From Hamiltosporidium tvaerminnensis FI-OER-3-3 (lineage: Eukaryota > Fungi > Microsporidia), in NCBI GenBank assembly GCA_022605425.2, contig CM061248.1, positions 1,054,001-1,118,000 on the forward strand: a stretch of DNA of 64,000 bases. Reading direction: 5' to 3'. The notes below the pieces were generated by a model, which was not told the DNA's origin, ran no database searches, and was given only the letters and a program-made list of their open reading frames with translations. Shown here in pieces: positions 62,347 to 64,000 of the stretch. Every line of letters starts with the position of its first letter. Position 1 is the stretch's first letter. The translations under genes and the position numbers were made by a program.

Positions 62347-64000
62347 CTAAAATATGGATACGAGTATTTATTTTTAATTAAATCCTTTTTTTGTGCAATG
62401 AAATAACGTTACTACTTAATACAGCAACTATAAAGAGCCCGGGTATTTATATAAGTCTTTTTATGGCTCAGCTTATGATTCTTTATAACGTAAAAATCTA
62501 TCAGAATTTCACAAGCCAGAATGACAGCTAAACCAAGTAAATATTTTATCGCGAATCTATTCCACAACCAAATTAAATAGAAAATAATATTAGTCTTTTA
62601 ATGAATCAATTCTTTCTTCGGTGAACTTTTTTATAATAAGAGTTCATGTGTTTTTTGTTTCTATTCATATTTAGGAAAGGAAAAAATATATTGTATTTTT
62701 GACAGCTAAAAATTTTGTCAAAAGCAAACTGATGTGATAACTATGTATTAGAAGAATTAAAAACCGGTAAATGTTTCGAAATTTATCTTCCAAAATCAAT
62801 CACAGTTTTGAGCTTAAAATGTGCGATAATAAAATTAATATTTTTAACAGTTTGACTTGGATATCTATACAAGTTGTAGCTCATATGAAAAATGAAGCGG
62901 ATGTATACTTCATATATTTAAGATTTAATCTTGGGGGTGGGGTACAACTAAGAGAATTTTATAGCAATAAAAAGACGAAAAAAGGTAAAATGATTGGCTT
63001 TTATGAGAAAAAACCTTGGAAAGCTGTTTTTAGAAGTGGCAATGGATAGAATTTTAATATTAAGCGAACACAATCAGAAAATTGTCTACAAAAATTGTAA
63101 TAAGAAGTATAATTATTTTAAATTATTTCAAATCGGCTACAAAATGAATGATTAAAAGCTTTTTTCTTATTTTACGCCATTTTAATCTTTAAAGGTGTTA
63201 TTTTATATGGGTTTATTCCTGAATTTATTGCTTAATGATCGTTTTTTTTTTGTTTTTTGAATAATTTGCATTTCTTAATATAAGAAATATAAGAAACTAC
63301 AAAAAATAGCATAAGAAAAGAAATGGTGGAAACAAATGGAAATAGATGTATTGAACTAACCTAATATATTATTTTTATAGTTTTAAAGTGGAAAAAAGGT
63401 GATTTTGGAACGGATAGACATTTTTTTTAAGGTAAAATATGACAATCAAATAAAGCCGCCAGAAAAATACTCAAAAAAATCATAAAGATGGCGAATAGGT
63501 TAGAAAATCTTTACTATGCGTAGAAAAAAACAAGATTAGCTTAGGGAAAAACTGATTATTTGCAAGAAGATATAAAAGTTTACTTAGATTCTGATTCCAT
63601 TGATATGAATTTATTTTAATATGATCTAAAATTCCAAATTTTGTAAATAGATCATTATCCTTGCAATTGAGATCTCACAGGCAACTACGGATATATAAAA
63701 TGGTCAAAAATAGAAATAATCTATTGAATAAAAGTGACAATATTTGATAAATAGCTTCTTGTTTATAAAGGAAAGAGACTAAAATCAACTCGAATGATAT
63801 TATTTGGAAGCCGAAGAAGCCACTTTAAGAATGTCTTAAAATAGCGAAACAATATTTTAAAAGTACTAAAATACATATTTCATCTATCATACACTTGGTT
63901 TTTTAAAGAGTTTGTGCGCTAGCAAAAAACCAACATGAGTCAGAAAGGAAAAAAAAACGTTGAATTAAATAAAAGGCGTATTTTAATTAACACATATGAA

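Noticed and set aside
62700-63900. Gypsy-like pol relic
   Set aside because: Only faint VYLD and LTG.Y-like fragments; too weak to call by eye.

Overview
Very AT-rich, gene-sparse eukaryotic DNA, most consistent with a large-genome microsporidian (Hamiltosporidium-like; inferred from compact fungal-type proteins, CCC motifs just upstream of ATGs, a 23-nt intron and heavy TE decay). Housekeeping genes: SPT16, tRNA-Phe(GAA), PI 4-kinase (PIK1), an error-ridden partial UBA1, CHS7, TAD3, 14-3-3 and an AIG1/FAR-17a-like gene, plus a lineage-specific LRR-like gene and two paralogous small membrane-protein loci. Most other DNA is decayed mobile sequence: at least six copies of an R4/Dong-like RLE non-LTR retrotransposon, two RTE (APE-RT) elements and Tc1/Merlin-like relics. 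Main leads: (1) a dispersed ~700-nt non-coding element (3 full, 2 partial copies) whose hairpins show compensatory changes and which has a group-I-intron-like P7/P3/P9 arrangement; (2) twister-like ribozymes at the 5' ends of the RTE elements; (3) three long genes each interrupted by a +1 frameshift at a TGA, either assembly indels (default) or stop-codon-associated frameshifting. All alignments and folds were done by eye.
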